64,000 bases of DNA, from positions 18,417 to 82,416 of the forward strand of contig CAWDMP010000001.1 in assembly GCA_963803495.1 (NCBI GenBank). The letters are read 5' to 3'. Below, one piece after another: positions 55,738 to 64,000 of the stretch (positions are counted from its first letter, which is position 1; every line of letters starts with the position of its first letter). The notes under the pieces are model-generated. The model did no database searches. It had not been told where the DNA came from and saw only the letters and a list, made by a program, of their open reading frames with translations. Source of the DNA: an uncultured Cytophagales bacterium. GTDB taxonomy: Bacteria > Bacteroidota > Bacteroidia > Cytophagales > Spirosomataceae. The position numbers were made by a program, and so were the translations under genes.

Positions 55738-56278
55738 GGCACCTGATCCTGATGATGTACAGGCCGGGCAGATCCACGCTTCCCGCCAGGGCGTCCAGGT
55801 CGGCCGTGCGCACCAGGCTGTGCAGCGGAATACTGAAAAAGCGTAACAGCTCGGGATACCAGAGCGCGCGCCTGGCCATGCTATCGTCCAGTAGCTCGCA
55901 CGCTACCATCAAGTTTTGCAACTCCATGAGCAGCGGCAGCCGCTCGATCAATTCGGCGGGCTCGATGTGGACGTGCTTAGGGGCAAGTACTTCGGGGACG
56001 GGGAATAGGTCGGTGGTGAGCTCCCGGGTGAAGCAGGCGTAAGAGAATCCTTCCCAGTCCACGAACTCGTAGCCCCGCGCTTGCAGGGCCTGCACCAGTT
56101 TAAGGAGGGCAGGCCTGGGCGAATACCCGGCGTTGTGAAAATAGGCAAGCCGGGCCATCTCACATTTTTCCAGGTTCATGGCCAGGTACGATAGCAGTTC
56201 TTCCAGAAGTGCTTTTGGCATTCGCATGGCGCTTTCTTCCAGGGCCGTCGTTTCGATTGGTTCCAGGGTGGCTTGCAT
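55706..56278 (-). CDS. Phage hypothetical protein (first gene after cro)
   Basis: 190-aa ORF. Confidence 0.65.
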   Translation of the reverse strand: MQATLEPIETTALEESAMRMPKALLEELLSYLAMNLEKCEMARLAYFHNAGYSPRPALLKLVQALQARGYEFVDWEGFSYACFTRELTTDLFPVPEVLAPKHVHIEPAELIERLPLLMELQNLMVACELLDDSMARRALWYPELLRFFSIPLHSLVRTADLDALAGSVDLPGLYIIRIRCPTDHPAACPT

Positions 56279-56340
56279 GGGCGGGGGTTGCGTTGGGTGG
56301 ATGAAAATGGGTGGTGTGTATAGTATGGGGGGGGAAGGGC

Positions 56341-56550
56341 TTAGAGAGGAATTTCGACTCGGCGAAACAGAGGCTTGGCGGCAGGAAGATTCGCAATCAC
56401 TACATCCTGCATATTGCCAGGCATTTTTTCGAAGCTCTTTTCTCCTTTGAGCCAGTAGTAGATGTTATTTTTTGAGGCCCCAATAATCTCGAGGTCTTCC
56501 AACACCTTCTTTTTCTCTGAATCCCTGAGCTTGTGATACATCATCTCCAA
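56341..56550 (-). CDS. Cro-like small HTH regulator
   Basis: 69 aa, GASKNNIYYWLKG helix; faces the divergent intergenic region. Confidence 0.6.
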   Translation of the reverse strand: MEMMYHKLRDSEKKKVLEDLEIIGASKNNIYYWLKGEKSFEKMPGNMQDVVIANLPAAKPLFRRVEIPL

Positions 56551-56665
56551 GTTGATTCTTGTTGTCCGAGGCCTTCTGCATAGCTGAAAATTAGCGCTGA
56601 GTAATTTTGTGATTAAACAGCCATTAGCAATATTTACACTTGCGCTTTACTGTTAATAGTTCAAA

Positions 56666-56687
56666 TGTAAGGTACAAATGCCTTACA
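56666..56687. promoter_or_regulatory. Candidate repressor operator
   Basis: TGTAAGG-N8-CCTTACA palindrome; 12/14 match ACAAATGATTTACA at 57661-57674. Confidence 0.5.
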
Positions 56688-56753
56688 AGTCAACTATAAC
56701 TGTTTAATATTTCACAAGTATTTTTTATAACGCTGATTATAAGCCAATTAAAT

Positions 56754-57588
56754 ATGAAGAAAATTTTAAAAATTGTTGGGATTCTAATTTTGATTCCATT
56801 CGCCGCCGCACTTATTGCGGGTCTAGCCAATAAAGGATTAGGGGGAGTAATTGCGATACTAGCACTAGCTGGCGGAGGTTACTATTTGTATCAAAGGAAA
56901 AGAGGCGGACAAAGCCCATCGAATCGTTCTAAACGATCATCACATCAATATCCTGAACTAGAAGCATTTGAAAAGCAAGCTGATAGGGCAATTAGAACCA
57001 GAGAAGGTACCAAGCTTCAAATACCAGTGGATCTCCTTGACAATGAGAAATGGCAGTATTTGAAGAAGAAGTACTCAACGATTGAGGCTCCAATAACCTC
57101 TGAGTACAATAGCATGCACCTTATCTATAAGAATAAGTTTGAAAAGCTGAGAGCCCCGATTTTAGCAGGAGAATTCTGTCGTTAGACCCTCATGAAGAGG
57201 ATAGGATAAGACCATTTGCAGCAGCAGAACTACCTGGCGTGGAGTTGAATATCGTGGACCCGAAAAATTTAAAACCTATATTGTCGGATTGAAATACCAT
57301 GATTATATGAAAAAGGAAGTGAAAGAGATGCTCGAAATGAGCACATTTGAAATCTTGGATTTAGAAGCTGAACCCGATAACAGGTATGACAGCGATGCCG
57401 TGAAAGTGATGTGGGAGGGATACTTTATAGGCTATATACCAAGAGATCATAGCTATAATGTCAGTGCAGCACTGGATGACGGTTTCAATGTAGGCTGTAT
57501 ATTGAGGCAATACTATACTACCGGGCCGCTGGATGAACGGGCTCAAATTGAAATCAGAATCGATCAGATTTTTGACAGTTTTTGTTAA
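56754..57588 (+). CDS. Membrane-anchored HIRAN-domain protein, split by frameshifts (~57180, ~57240)
   Basis: Two N-terminal TM helices (ORF 56754-57185). HIRAN motif FKTYIVGLKYH..EPDNRYDSDAVKV....IGYIPR (ORF to 57588). Confidence 0.6.
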
Positions 57589-57690
57589 AATATTATTAAA
57601 TGGTTTGAATTTTACGTTACAAACCTAATATTTGTCATTCAAATGTTAAAGCTTGAATACACAAATGATTTACAACGAACCATAAATCAA

Positions 57691-58120
57691 ATGGCAAGGT
57701 TAGCGTTGGGATGGTCTTGAGAGCCAATTGATGAGAGAAGCCAGCTTCTCCGCCATTCAGATGGCCGAGAAGTTAGGCAAGTCACGGCAGAACGTCTATA
57801 TGGACATGAAACGTACCTCGATGCGTGACGAGCAGATCAGCGAATATGCCGAAGCACTCAACGTCGATAAGCAGGTCATTTACGATCGGCTCAAGGGGAG
57901 AGCCAGAAAACTCTGTGGCAAACTACTTGCAAGAGCATTTGCCAATTTAGAGAAGCAGTTCAGGGAATTGAAGGAAGTTTGCACCGAAGATGCTCAGTGC
58001 GAAGGACTCGGCAGATCGATAAGTTGATGTGAACTGCTGGGAAAGCTTGATGTTAGAGAAAGTACGACCTGTAAAATTATCGCGCTGGGGATGGGTGAAA
58101 TGTCCCAGAATGTCGCGTAA
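57691..58120 (+). CDS. CI-like HTH repressor, frameshifted at both ends
   Basis: FSAIQMAEKLGKSRQNVY HTH plus coiled coil; adjacent to attR. Coordinates are approximate. Confidence 0.65.
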
Positions 58121-58201
58121 TTTCTAACAGTTTCTCTAACAGTGGGATGCTACGGGCTTCCTAAGTCGTTGAAATTTCGGGGTTTGGGTTGAATTCCCTT
58201 G

Positions 58202-58217
58202 TTCCCCTATGGGTCAC
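58202..58217 (+). repeat. attR core TTCCCCTATGGGTCAC
   Basis: Identical to the tRNA-Glu 3' end at 17045-17060. Confidence 0.93.
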
Positions 58218-58240
58218 GCAAGTGGCTTATTGCCGACAGT

Positions 58241-58271
58241 AAAAAGCCCGCTAGAAATGGCGGGCTTTTTT
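58241..58271. terminator. Bidirectional terminator (probably the original tRNA terminator of attB)
   Basis: AAAAAGCCCGC-N8-GCGGGCTTTTT. Confidence 0.85.
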
Positions 58272-58279
58272 GTTAGCCG

Positions 58280-58556
58280 CTAGGTCACCACCTGCCTATA
58301 AGGGACTGCCTTCACCAGCCGAATGTTATTCAAATCGGGAATAGTACGAACGTTCTCGGGCGGCACTATTCCCCGCCGAATCCAATTAGTCAATGTGTTG
58401 ATGCTGTTTAATTTGTAGCGTTTGACGTACTCTTTCAGAGTTACCCACTCATCGAAGGGAAACGAGTATGTCTCGTGCTTCCTGTTGTGCTGCCTTGGCT
58501 TCTTCCAAGGCCTTTTTTATCTCTATTTCTAAATTATCCATAGTGCCAACGAGCAT
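58280..58556 (-). pseudogene. Frameshifted paralogue of the 58605-58907 DNA-binding protein
   Basis: Manual translation ..DEWVTLKEYVKRYKLNSINTLTNWIRRGIVPPENVRTIPDLNNIRLVKA..; frame break at ~58452. Confidence 0.7.
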
Positions 58557-58604
58557 TAACGTTTTGTTCGCAGGGCGTAAGTATTACAGAGTCACCTAAG
58601 CACA

Positions 58605-58907
58605 TCAGGTCGGCTGAGCGCCTACTCCGACATGGTACTCTTTCGCCCTAATCATGCGAATATTGTTAAATTCTTCGATAACCATCGTGTCCTCCTGCGG
58701 CACAATGCCGCGCCGGATCCAGTTGCTGACGGTCTCGGTGTTCTTGATACCGTACAGGTCGCAATATTTGCGGATAGTGACCCATTTCGTAAGATCGACT
58801 ACCTTTCCCTGCTGGACAAGATAATCACGCCCTTGCTGAATGAGGGCGTCGGCCTGCTCCATGAGGGCCGACAGGTCAGTTTGATTTGCTTCGTTAGAAT
58901 TTTTCAT
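58605..58907 (-). CDS. Small excisionase/MerR-like HTH DNA-binding protein
   Basis: KWVTIRKYCDLYGIKNTETVSNWIRRG. Confidence 0.65.
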   Translation of the reverse strand: MKNSNEANQTDLSALMEQADALIQQGRDYLVQQGKVVDLTKWVTIRKYCDLYGIKNTETVSNWIRRGIVPQEDTMVIEEFNNIRMIRAKEYHVGVGAQPT

Positions 58908-58949
58908 CGTTATGTTGTTTTGAGTGGGAGGGGCGCGATGGTCGCGGCC

Positions 58950-59137
58950 CTAGTAAATTACTCGTACGCTTCGCCCTTGCGGCGGGCCACCGCCCAGTTC
59001 TTCGATCAGCTTACTGAGGGCGCTGATTTGGTCGAGTGCCCGGTCGATTTCCTCTTGGGTGAGGGTAGGATCGTCCTTTCGGTTGCGGAGGGCCAATTTG
59101 AGTGCCCCCTAAGCATCCTGAATTGAAGAACGTCCAT
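58950..59137 (-). pseudogene. Small frameshifted ORF upstream of the HTH gene
   Basis: MDVLQFRML.. / ..ALKLALRNRKDDPTLTQEEIDRALDQISALSKLIEELG in two frames. Confidence 0.4.
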
Positions 59138-59300
59138 GTCTTTACTGTCTGGATAAACTTAGTTGACTGGTACAAAAATAGGGTTTGTTATTCAACATAA
59201 CAAACCCTATTCAAAGGCACAAAGCCTAACGGTTCTACTTTGCTGTCCACCTGGCAAAACACGACAAAGAAGCAGTGTTGATAACCCTATATTCGAAACA

Positions 59301-61463
59301 TCACAACTCACCCCGATACAAGCTCGGCCAATTCCCATAAAGTTGAATAGCCTCCTCTTTTCCATTGGGCAGCCGAATAGTCAACTTCCTCAGCGAGTTT
59401 GGCTGCTGAAAGCAGTCGATCGCCAGTACCGCGATTTCGCCATCCTTTACTACCGATAGCACGAAGGGTTCTTTCTGGGCGGCCGACACCGCCGCTTGAT
59501 CCGTCCCGGCCTTGCGCCAGCTGGTACCTATGCGGTAGTCGAGGTCCATTTTTTTACCTCCCGTCAGGATGTCCTCCATTTGCTTGGCCATCCAGGTCCC
59601 TAAGGCGTAATAGTCGGATGCGTAGTAGGAGTAGCGAGGCGGCCCCGGAAGGGTCGGGGCCTGGTTGAATTTTTCGACGCCGGATTTTCCGTCGGCCGGG
59701 TACCATTGGTAGCTGCCGGGCCGGGCGGGATCGGGTGCAATGTCATTGACATTACGGCCTCTGGGACCATCGTCGTGCCACAATAGGTACCCGTCGGATT
59801 CGACGATCGAAAACAGCGACATCCCCAACGCCTGGCTGGCGGGCATGGTGGCTAACTCAGAAAAATCCAACTCGCCGCGCGGATCGGTGGTTTTGACGTT
59901 CCAGAGCGGGATCGGGTCGTCGTGCTGGGGCTGATAGCGGGTCCAAGCGAACCACACACTTTTATTGGTTTTCTGATACGAAAAAAGTCGGTTGATCCGC
60001 GCGGTATGCACCGCCGACAGCAGCAGGTAGTTGTTGTGGGTAAGCCCATCAGCTGATTGGACGATGAAACTTCTCGGGTACACATTGATAGGATCGATGC
60101 TAAAATAGTCGCTCAACCGTTTCCCTTCCGCGCTCAGCCTGAAATTGTTAAACGAAGTTTCGGGTTTTTGATAGTCTATTTTGAAGGCAGCAGGATCGAG
60201 TTTGCCGCCCCGCATGAAGTAGTCGTTGCTCACCGCCGAGCCACCCCAATAATCGAACAGCTGCATCTCAGGATGGCGCTTCTTGATGCGCTCGGCAAAC
60301 CAAATCAGCCGCTGCCGCACGGCGGGCGGGTAGTCGTTGTTCCAGATCTCAAAATCAAATCCGTAAACTTTGGTAGGGTAGACCGAATCGGCATATTTCT
60401 CTACCTCCGCGCGGGAGAGAGAGGCGAACCAATCCTGCCCACGGTCTTCGAAAAAATTCATTGTTTCAGTATGATGCATTTTGTCCACCGATCCCTGCGG
60501 TTCCACAAATCGCGACAAATGTGAGACACCGCGTTTGTAATAATTATCGGGAGAAACCCCTTCGTTGAACCGGGAAGTCATAGTCATTTTGCCCGCGATC
60601 GGGCCAAATTCGGGGAAGGTGGTATCAAACTGAGCGTTGAAGTCGCGTGAAATGCCAAACCACTCGGGAATCGGGATCGCGCGAAGGGTACTGGCGGCAG
60701 GAGCCACGGGGCCGTCGGCCTTGAGCCAAACGTTCTGCTGCCTGATGCTGCGGTTGCGCAGCTTGTTCCACCACTCGGAATAGGGGGCGTCAATCCAGCA
60801 GGTGATTATCGAGTACAGGTAGCCGGGCTGTACTTCCAGCCCTTGATCCAAGCCTTCCACGACGATGTTGTCGATGAGGTACACGCGGTTACGACCGTCC
60901 TGATAGTCGGCAAAATCTTTGAGGTATAGCTTTCCATTAACTCGGATAGGCCGGACATCCAGCATGATGTCATCGCTGCCGTGCCTAATCCAGCGCGCCG
61001 CAGGCAGTACCTCGTTGGCTATGTTGGTACTGAAATCGAAACCCCCGGAGGCTTCACAATCCGATTCGTTTTCGCTCACAATCCGAATTTTGGCCGGTCC
61101 CTGAGCCAACGGAAGGTCTTTAACAGAAAACCACGTACCCGGACGATGCGGTACGTGGCTGTATTTGTGAATCCGGCCCTTCTGGGTGATCTCGACGGTA
61201 TAGGGCGAAAGTCCCGAGGCCTTGGCGTACAGTAGAAACTGCATCTCGCGCCCCACCTGCTTGTACTCTTTGATGCTGAGCGCGCAGGCGCTGGTACTGG
61301 TCTGCCCGTTCTTGATCAGGGACAATCCCTGTTTTTCCATTTGGTATTCCGCGTCGGTACTGGGTCCAAATCGCTGCCAGGCCCAGGTGCCGGAGCCTAA
61401 CAGAATCGCAAGCGCGAAGGTGAGCAGAAGAATGGAGGTTTTAGACAATTTATAAGCAGGCAT
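59301..61463 (-). CDS. Host secreted protein (~720 aa), homologous to prophage protein 23439-25952
   Basis: N-terminal signal/anchor, Cys-bracketed Ig-like domain, then a TIM-barrel-like region (GFDFEIW, DPINVY, SDGYLLWHD). Confidence 0.75.
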   Translation of the reverse strand: MPAYKLSKTSILLLTFALAILLGSGTWAWQRFGPSTDAEYQMEKQGLSLIKNGQTSTSACALSIKEYKQVGREMQFLLYAKASGLSPYTVEITQKGRIHKYSHVPHRPGTWFSVKDLPLAQGPAKIRIVSENESDCEASGGFDFSTNIANEVLPAARWIRHGSDDIMLDVRPIRVNGKLYLKDFADYQDGRNRVYLIDNIVVEGLDQGLEVQPGYLYSIITCWIDAPYSEWWNKLRNRSIRQQNVWLKADGPVAPAASTLRAIPIPEWFGISRDFNAQFDTTFPEFGPIAGKMTMTSRFNEGVSPDNYYKRGVSHLSRFVEPQGSVDKMHHTETMNFFEDRGQDWFASLSRAEVEKYADSVYPTKVYGFDFEIWNNDYPPAVRQRLIWFAERIKKRHPEMQLFDYWGGSAVSNDYFMRGGKLDPAAFKIDYQKPETSFNNFRLSAEGKRLSDYFSIDPINVYPRSFIVQSADGLTHNNYLLLSAVHTARINRLFSYQKTNKSVWFAWTRYQPQHDDPIPLWNVKTTDPRGELDFSELATMPASQALGMSLFSIVESDGYLLWHDDGPRGRNVNDIAPDPARPGSYQWYPADGKSGVEKFNQAPTLPGPPRYSYYASDYYALGTWMAKQMEDILTGGKKMDLDYRIGTSWRKAGTDQAAVSAAQKEPFVLSVVKDGEIAVLAIDCFQQPNSLRKLTIRLPNGKEEAIQLYGNWPSLYRGEL

Positions 61464-61495
61464 TCCCTGAATTAGTGGTGAATACAACAAGGTAC

Positions 61496-62152
61496 TTACC
61501 ACCAACGGTAAAACAAACCAACGGTAGCATTGACTTGTCCAATTCCTTTGTCGACGTAATCGTAATCGAGGGCGGTCTGATTGTACTTTACCCGGATGTC
61601 GGCGCCAATCGAACCATCGCGTTTGAACAGGAATTTGGCACCTGCCGCCCCACCGTAAGAAAACTTCACGGCCTCCTTCTGATTGGCAAGACTACCGTAA
61701 TATAAGGTATAATCCAGCAGATCGGCACCGGCAGCGACCTGCACGTATGGGCGTATCATGGCGCTGGTTGGAGCGAAATAGTAGCTCAACACGCCCTGAA
61801 TGGGCATCAAAGAGGCAGTTCGGGTTTGCACCGCCGATACCTCCTGCTCACCGATGGTATAAATCGTGCGGGGCATTTTCTGCGAAAACATGGTTCTGCC
61901 TACCTCTACGCCCACCGAGATGGGGCCCTGCAGTACCCAATCGAGCGAAGCCGAATAGCTCTGAATCGTAGGCTTATCGATATAGCCACTGCTGAAAGGC
62001 CCGAGTGGAAACGCTCCACCACCACGGACCGTCAGAGCATAATGCGAGTAACGCTGCCAGGGCGATGGAGCATTATAGAGTTGCGGGTTTTGTTGCGCAT
62101 AGGCAGAAGCACTTACGGTAAGGAAAACAAAAAATATCTTTAACGATCTCAT
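61496..62152 (-). CDS. Outer-membrane beta-barrel protein (OmpW/porin-like)
   Basis: Signal peptide AYA-QQ, alternating beta-strands, C-terminal GLFYRWW. Confidence 0.8.
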   Translation of the reverse strand: MRSLKIFFVFLTVSASAYAQQNPQLYNAPSPWQRYSHYALTVRGGGAFPLGPFSSGYIDKPTIQSYSASLDWVLQGPISVGVEVGRTMFSQKMPRTIYTIGEQEVSAVQTRTASLMPIQGVLSYYFAPTSAMIRPYVQVAAGADLLDYTLYYGSLANQKEAVKFSYGGAAGAKFLFKRDGSIGADIRVKYNQTALDYDYVDKGIGQVNATVGLFYRWW

Positions 62153-62197
62153 TTTTAGTATTTTAGTAAAGCGGGTATTAAAACGGCTCTGTCAGGC

Positions 62198-62830
62198 TCA
62201 ATTGGCCTTTAAATAGGGTGATTGCTCAAATATGGAGCGCACGATATTGTCGGCGTCGATGCCATCGAAAAGACCGTTTCCGCGAATGGTAGCATTCCAG
62301 ATCACGTTTACCTTCTTATTGGCCGTGTCGGGGTTCTTAAAATCCAACATTTCCACGGTCCAGTAGTTCTCCTGGGTTTGGACATAAGAGTAGGTAGAGG
62401 GATAGCCGTAGCCAAAACCGGGACCGAAACCACCGCCAAATCCACCTCCGCCCCAGTAGGGTGATATGGGACGTGATACAACATTGAGATAGGCATTACG
62501 TACCTGGGCGACGTTCATTCCCAGGTCTGGATTTTCTTTCGGACTCACATATTGGTAGCCCATCTGCTGCATATTCTGCACCACTGCGTTCAAGAACTTG
62601 ATGTCATTTTGGGTAAGGGTGGCACCGTTTCCCCGGTTCCCGTAGATCAACACCGAATCGACAATGCTAAAAGTTTTGAACTGCTTGAAGTCCACTGATT
62701 TGTCGTAGTTAGTGAAGAAAACCTGAGAATCTTCCACTGTTAGATCTTTTAACGGGTCATTCTGACAAGAGGCAAAAACGCCGATTAGGCAGGCGAAAGC
62801 CACAATTTTTCTATATTTCAAAATATTCAT
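62198..62830 (-). CDS. DUF4136-family lipoprotein
   Basis: Lipobox FAS-C; YDKSVDFKQFKTF, Gly/Tyr-rich loop and WTVEMLD..VIWNATIRG. Confidence 0.85.
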   Translation of the reverse strand: MNILKYRKIVAFACLIGVFASCQNDPLKDLTVEDSQVFFTNYDKSVDFKQFKTFSIVDSVLIYGNRGNGATLTQNDIKFLNAVVQNMQQMGYQYVSPKENPDLGMNVAQVRNAYLNVVSRPISPYWGGGGFGGGFGPGFGYGYPSTYSYVQTQENYWTVEMLDFKNPDTANKKVNVIWNATIRGNGLFDGIDADNIVRSIFEQSPYLKAN

Positions 62831-62929
62831 ATGGGTTTTGTTTGAGGTGTACACTATACCAACGATGGAGACAGTTAAAAAATTTCTATCGTGCTTTTTG
62901 TCGGATTTACGTAAAATTGCAATCGATAG

Positions 62930-63551
62930 CCACCCGTAGGGCAGGTAGGGCTGCAGGTTCACCCCCGTCTCATCGGCGAAGTAGAGGTCTATCAGCCCGC
63001 AGACCCACAGAGTCAGCAGGATTTGCAGACGCCGCAGCCCGTCGGCGTAAGCTACGGGGTCCTGTTTGGGCTTGGTCGTCCGCCGGATGCGATGCCAGGA
63101 GTGATCGTTTTTTTTAAAAAGCGCTTGACCGTCTCGCGGCTCATGGACAGGCCCAGCGAGGCCTGCAGGTCCACCTTGATGCGCTCGGAGTCCTGGTAGT
63201 GGGCCTCTACGGCCTCGTCCAGGGCCTGCTGGTGGGCGCTGTTTGTCACGCTCAGAATGGGCTTGCGGCCCTGCCCCGGCTGGCGCATCAAGCCGACCAG
63301 CCCGGATTTTTGCCAGTTTGTTAGCCATTGGCCGATGGTTTGCGGACAGACTTCCAGTTCGGAAGCGACGGCCTTGGCGGCCCAGCCCTTGTGGCTCCAT
63401 AGTAAAGCTTGGCAGCAACGGCGGAACTCGTGCTTGGAGTGGTTTTTGATCCCCTCGCGCAAGGTCAATTCTTCCGGATCGGTAAGTTCTATACATCGTT
63501 TTCGTCCCATGAACCAAAAATAAGACACTTTAATTTAATTTTGCCCGATTA
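62930..63551 (-). mobile_element. Truncated IS630-family element (orfA 63052-63510, partial orfB via -1 frameshift)
   Basis: wHTH orfA (..GRKPIL), slippery TTTTTAAAAAAAA at 63108-63120, orfB stops after LYFADETG..PYGW; TA at 63550-63551. Confidence 0.85.
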
Positions 63552-63688
63552 CTTACTTGAATTCCCAGATTTAAAAGCCAGCTTTAACATAAAAAAAATC
63601 GATAACAATACGACAAAAGTTGTGTTTTAATTGTGTCACACCCGGGGTGAATCAACCTGGACGATTCAAAGTTATTGCCATCAATTGA

Positions 63689-64000
63689 ATGCTAAAAATC
63701 GCGCACGGGGAAATATACGCGCTTCCGCTTCCCGAGGGACACAGGTTCCCTATGATTAAATATGAGCTTATCCCTGAACAACTCGTATACGAAGGCACCT
63801 GCACCGCCAAAAACTTCTTCCTGCCCGGCCCGCTCGATGAGCAATATATTCTGGCAGTCCACGAAAAGGACTACTGGAAACAGGTAAAAAATCGGACCAT
63901 ATCACCGCGCATGGTACGTCGGATCGGTTTCCGTCTATCCTCTGAACTCGTACAACGCGAAACGATCATCGCGCGGGGAACGATCGACTGCTGTCATTTT
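63689..64000 (+). CDS. Histone deacetylase-family protein (runs off window end)
   Basis: Manual translation MLKIAHGEIYALPLPEGHRFPMIKYELIPEQL..AVH...Y. Confidence 0.9.
   Translation, partial: MLKIAHGEIYALPLPEGHRFPMIKYELIPEQLVYEGTCTAKNFFLPGPLDEQYILAVHEKDYWKQVKNRTISPRMVRRIGFRLSSELVQRETIIARGTIDCCHF

Larger units (their letters stand above)
17045..58217. mobile_element. Integrated siphovirus-like prophage (~41.2 kb) in the 3' end of tRNA-Glu
   Basis: Flanking 16-bp direct repeat, integrase next to attL, and portal, terminase, capsid, protease, tape measure, lysis, replication and repressor genes. Confidence 0.95.

Noticed and set aside
58165-58200. Loose resemblance (GTTGAAA..GGGGTT) to the tRNA-Glu anticodon/T region upstream of attR
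   Set aside because: Too degenerate to extend the att core or to call a second tRNA.
62198-63517. 439-aa ORF as a genuine protein
   Set aside because: It is a composite of IS630 out-of-frame and partial orfB sequence plus the DUF4136 lipoprotein, which has its own ATG and lipobox.

Overview
Bacteroidota DNA, most like Cytophagales/Spirosomaceae (inferred from gene families, Q-rule signal peptides and heptamer intergenic repeats). Bases 1-16.7 kb are host genes: serine hydrolase, IlvD/Edd dehydratase, SDR, PolX/PHP, OmpA-PD40, two M14 peptidases, rpe, ligA and dapA. Several are broken by single-base frameshifts that look like assembly errors. A tRNA-Glu(TTC) at 16988-17059 is the integration site of a ~41.2 kb siphovirus-like prophage bounded by a perfect 16-bp direct repeat (attL 17045-17060, attR 58202-58217). 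The prophage carries an integrase, two morons (an AT-rich unknown and an amidoligase pair) and a permuted late region (portal, lysis, tail, head, terminase). It also has a leftward early/replication operon and an immunity region. The most striking unexplained feature is an 86-nt tRNA-mimic RNA (53226-53311, minus strand) directly upstream of the replication gene. It has an acceptor stem, T-arm and encoded CCA but no true D- or anticodon arm, and its large loop is complementary to sites on both flanks. This resembles the P1 C4 / P4 CI antisense immunity RNAs, which I know only from proteobacterial phages. Other observations are a repeated late-promoter motif, exported or membrane-anchored virion-like proteins, a phage homologue of a host secreted protein next to attR, and a candidate pac/cos site. 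Right of attR lie a small decayed cassette, host envelope genes, an IS630 remnant and the start of an HDAC-family gene. All product calls come from motif recognition by eye; no searches were run.
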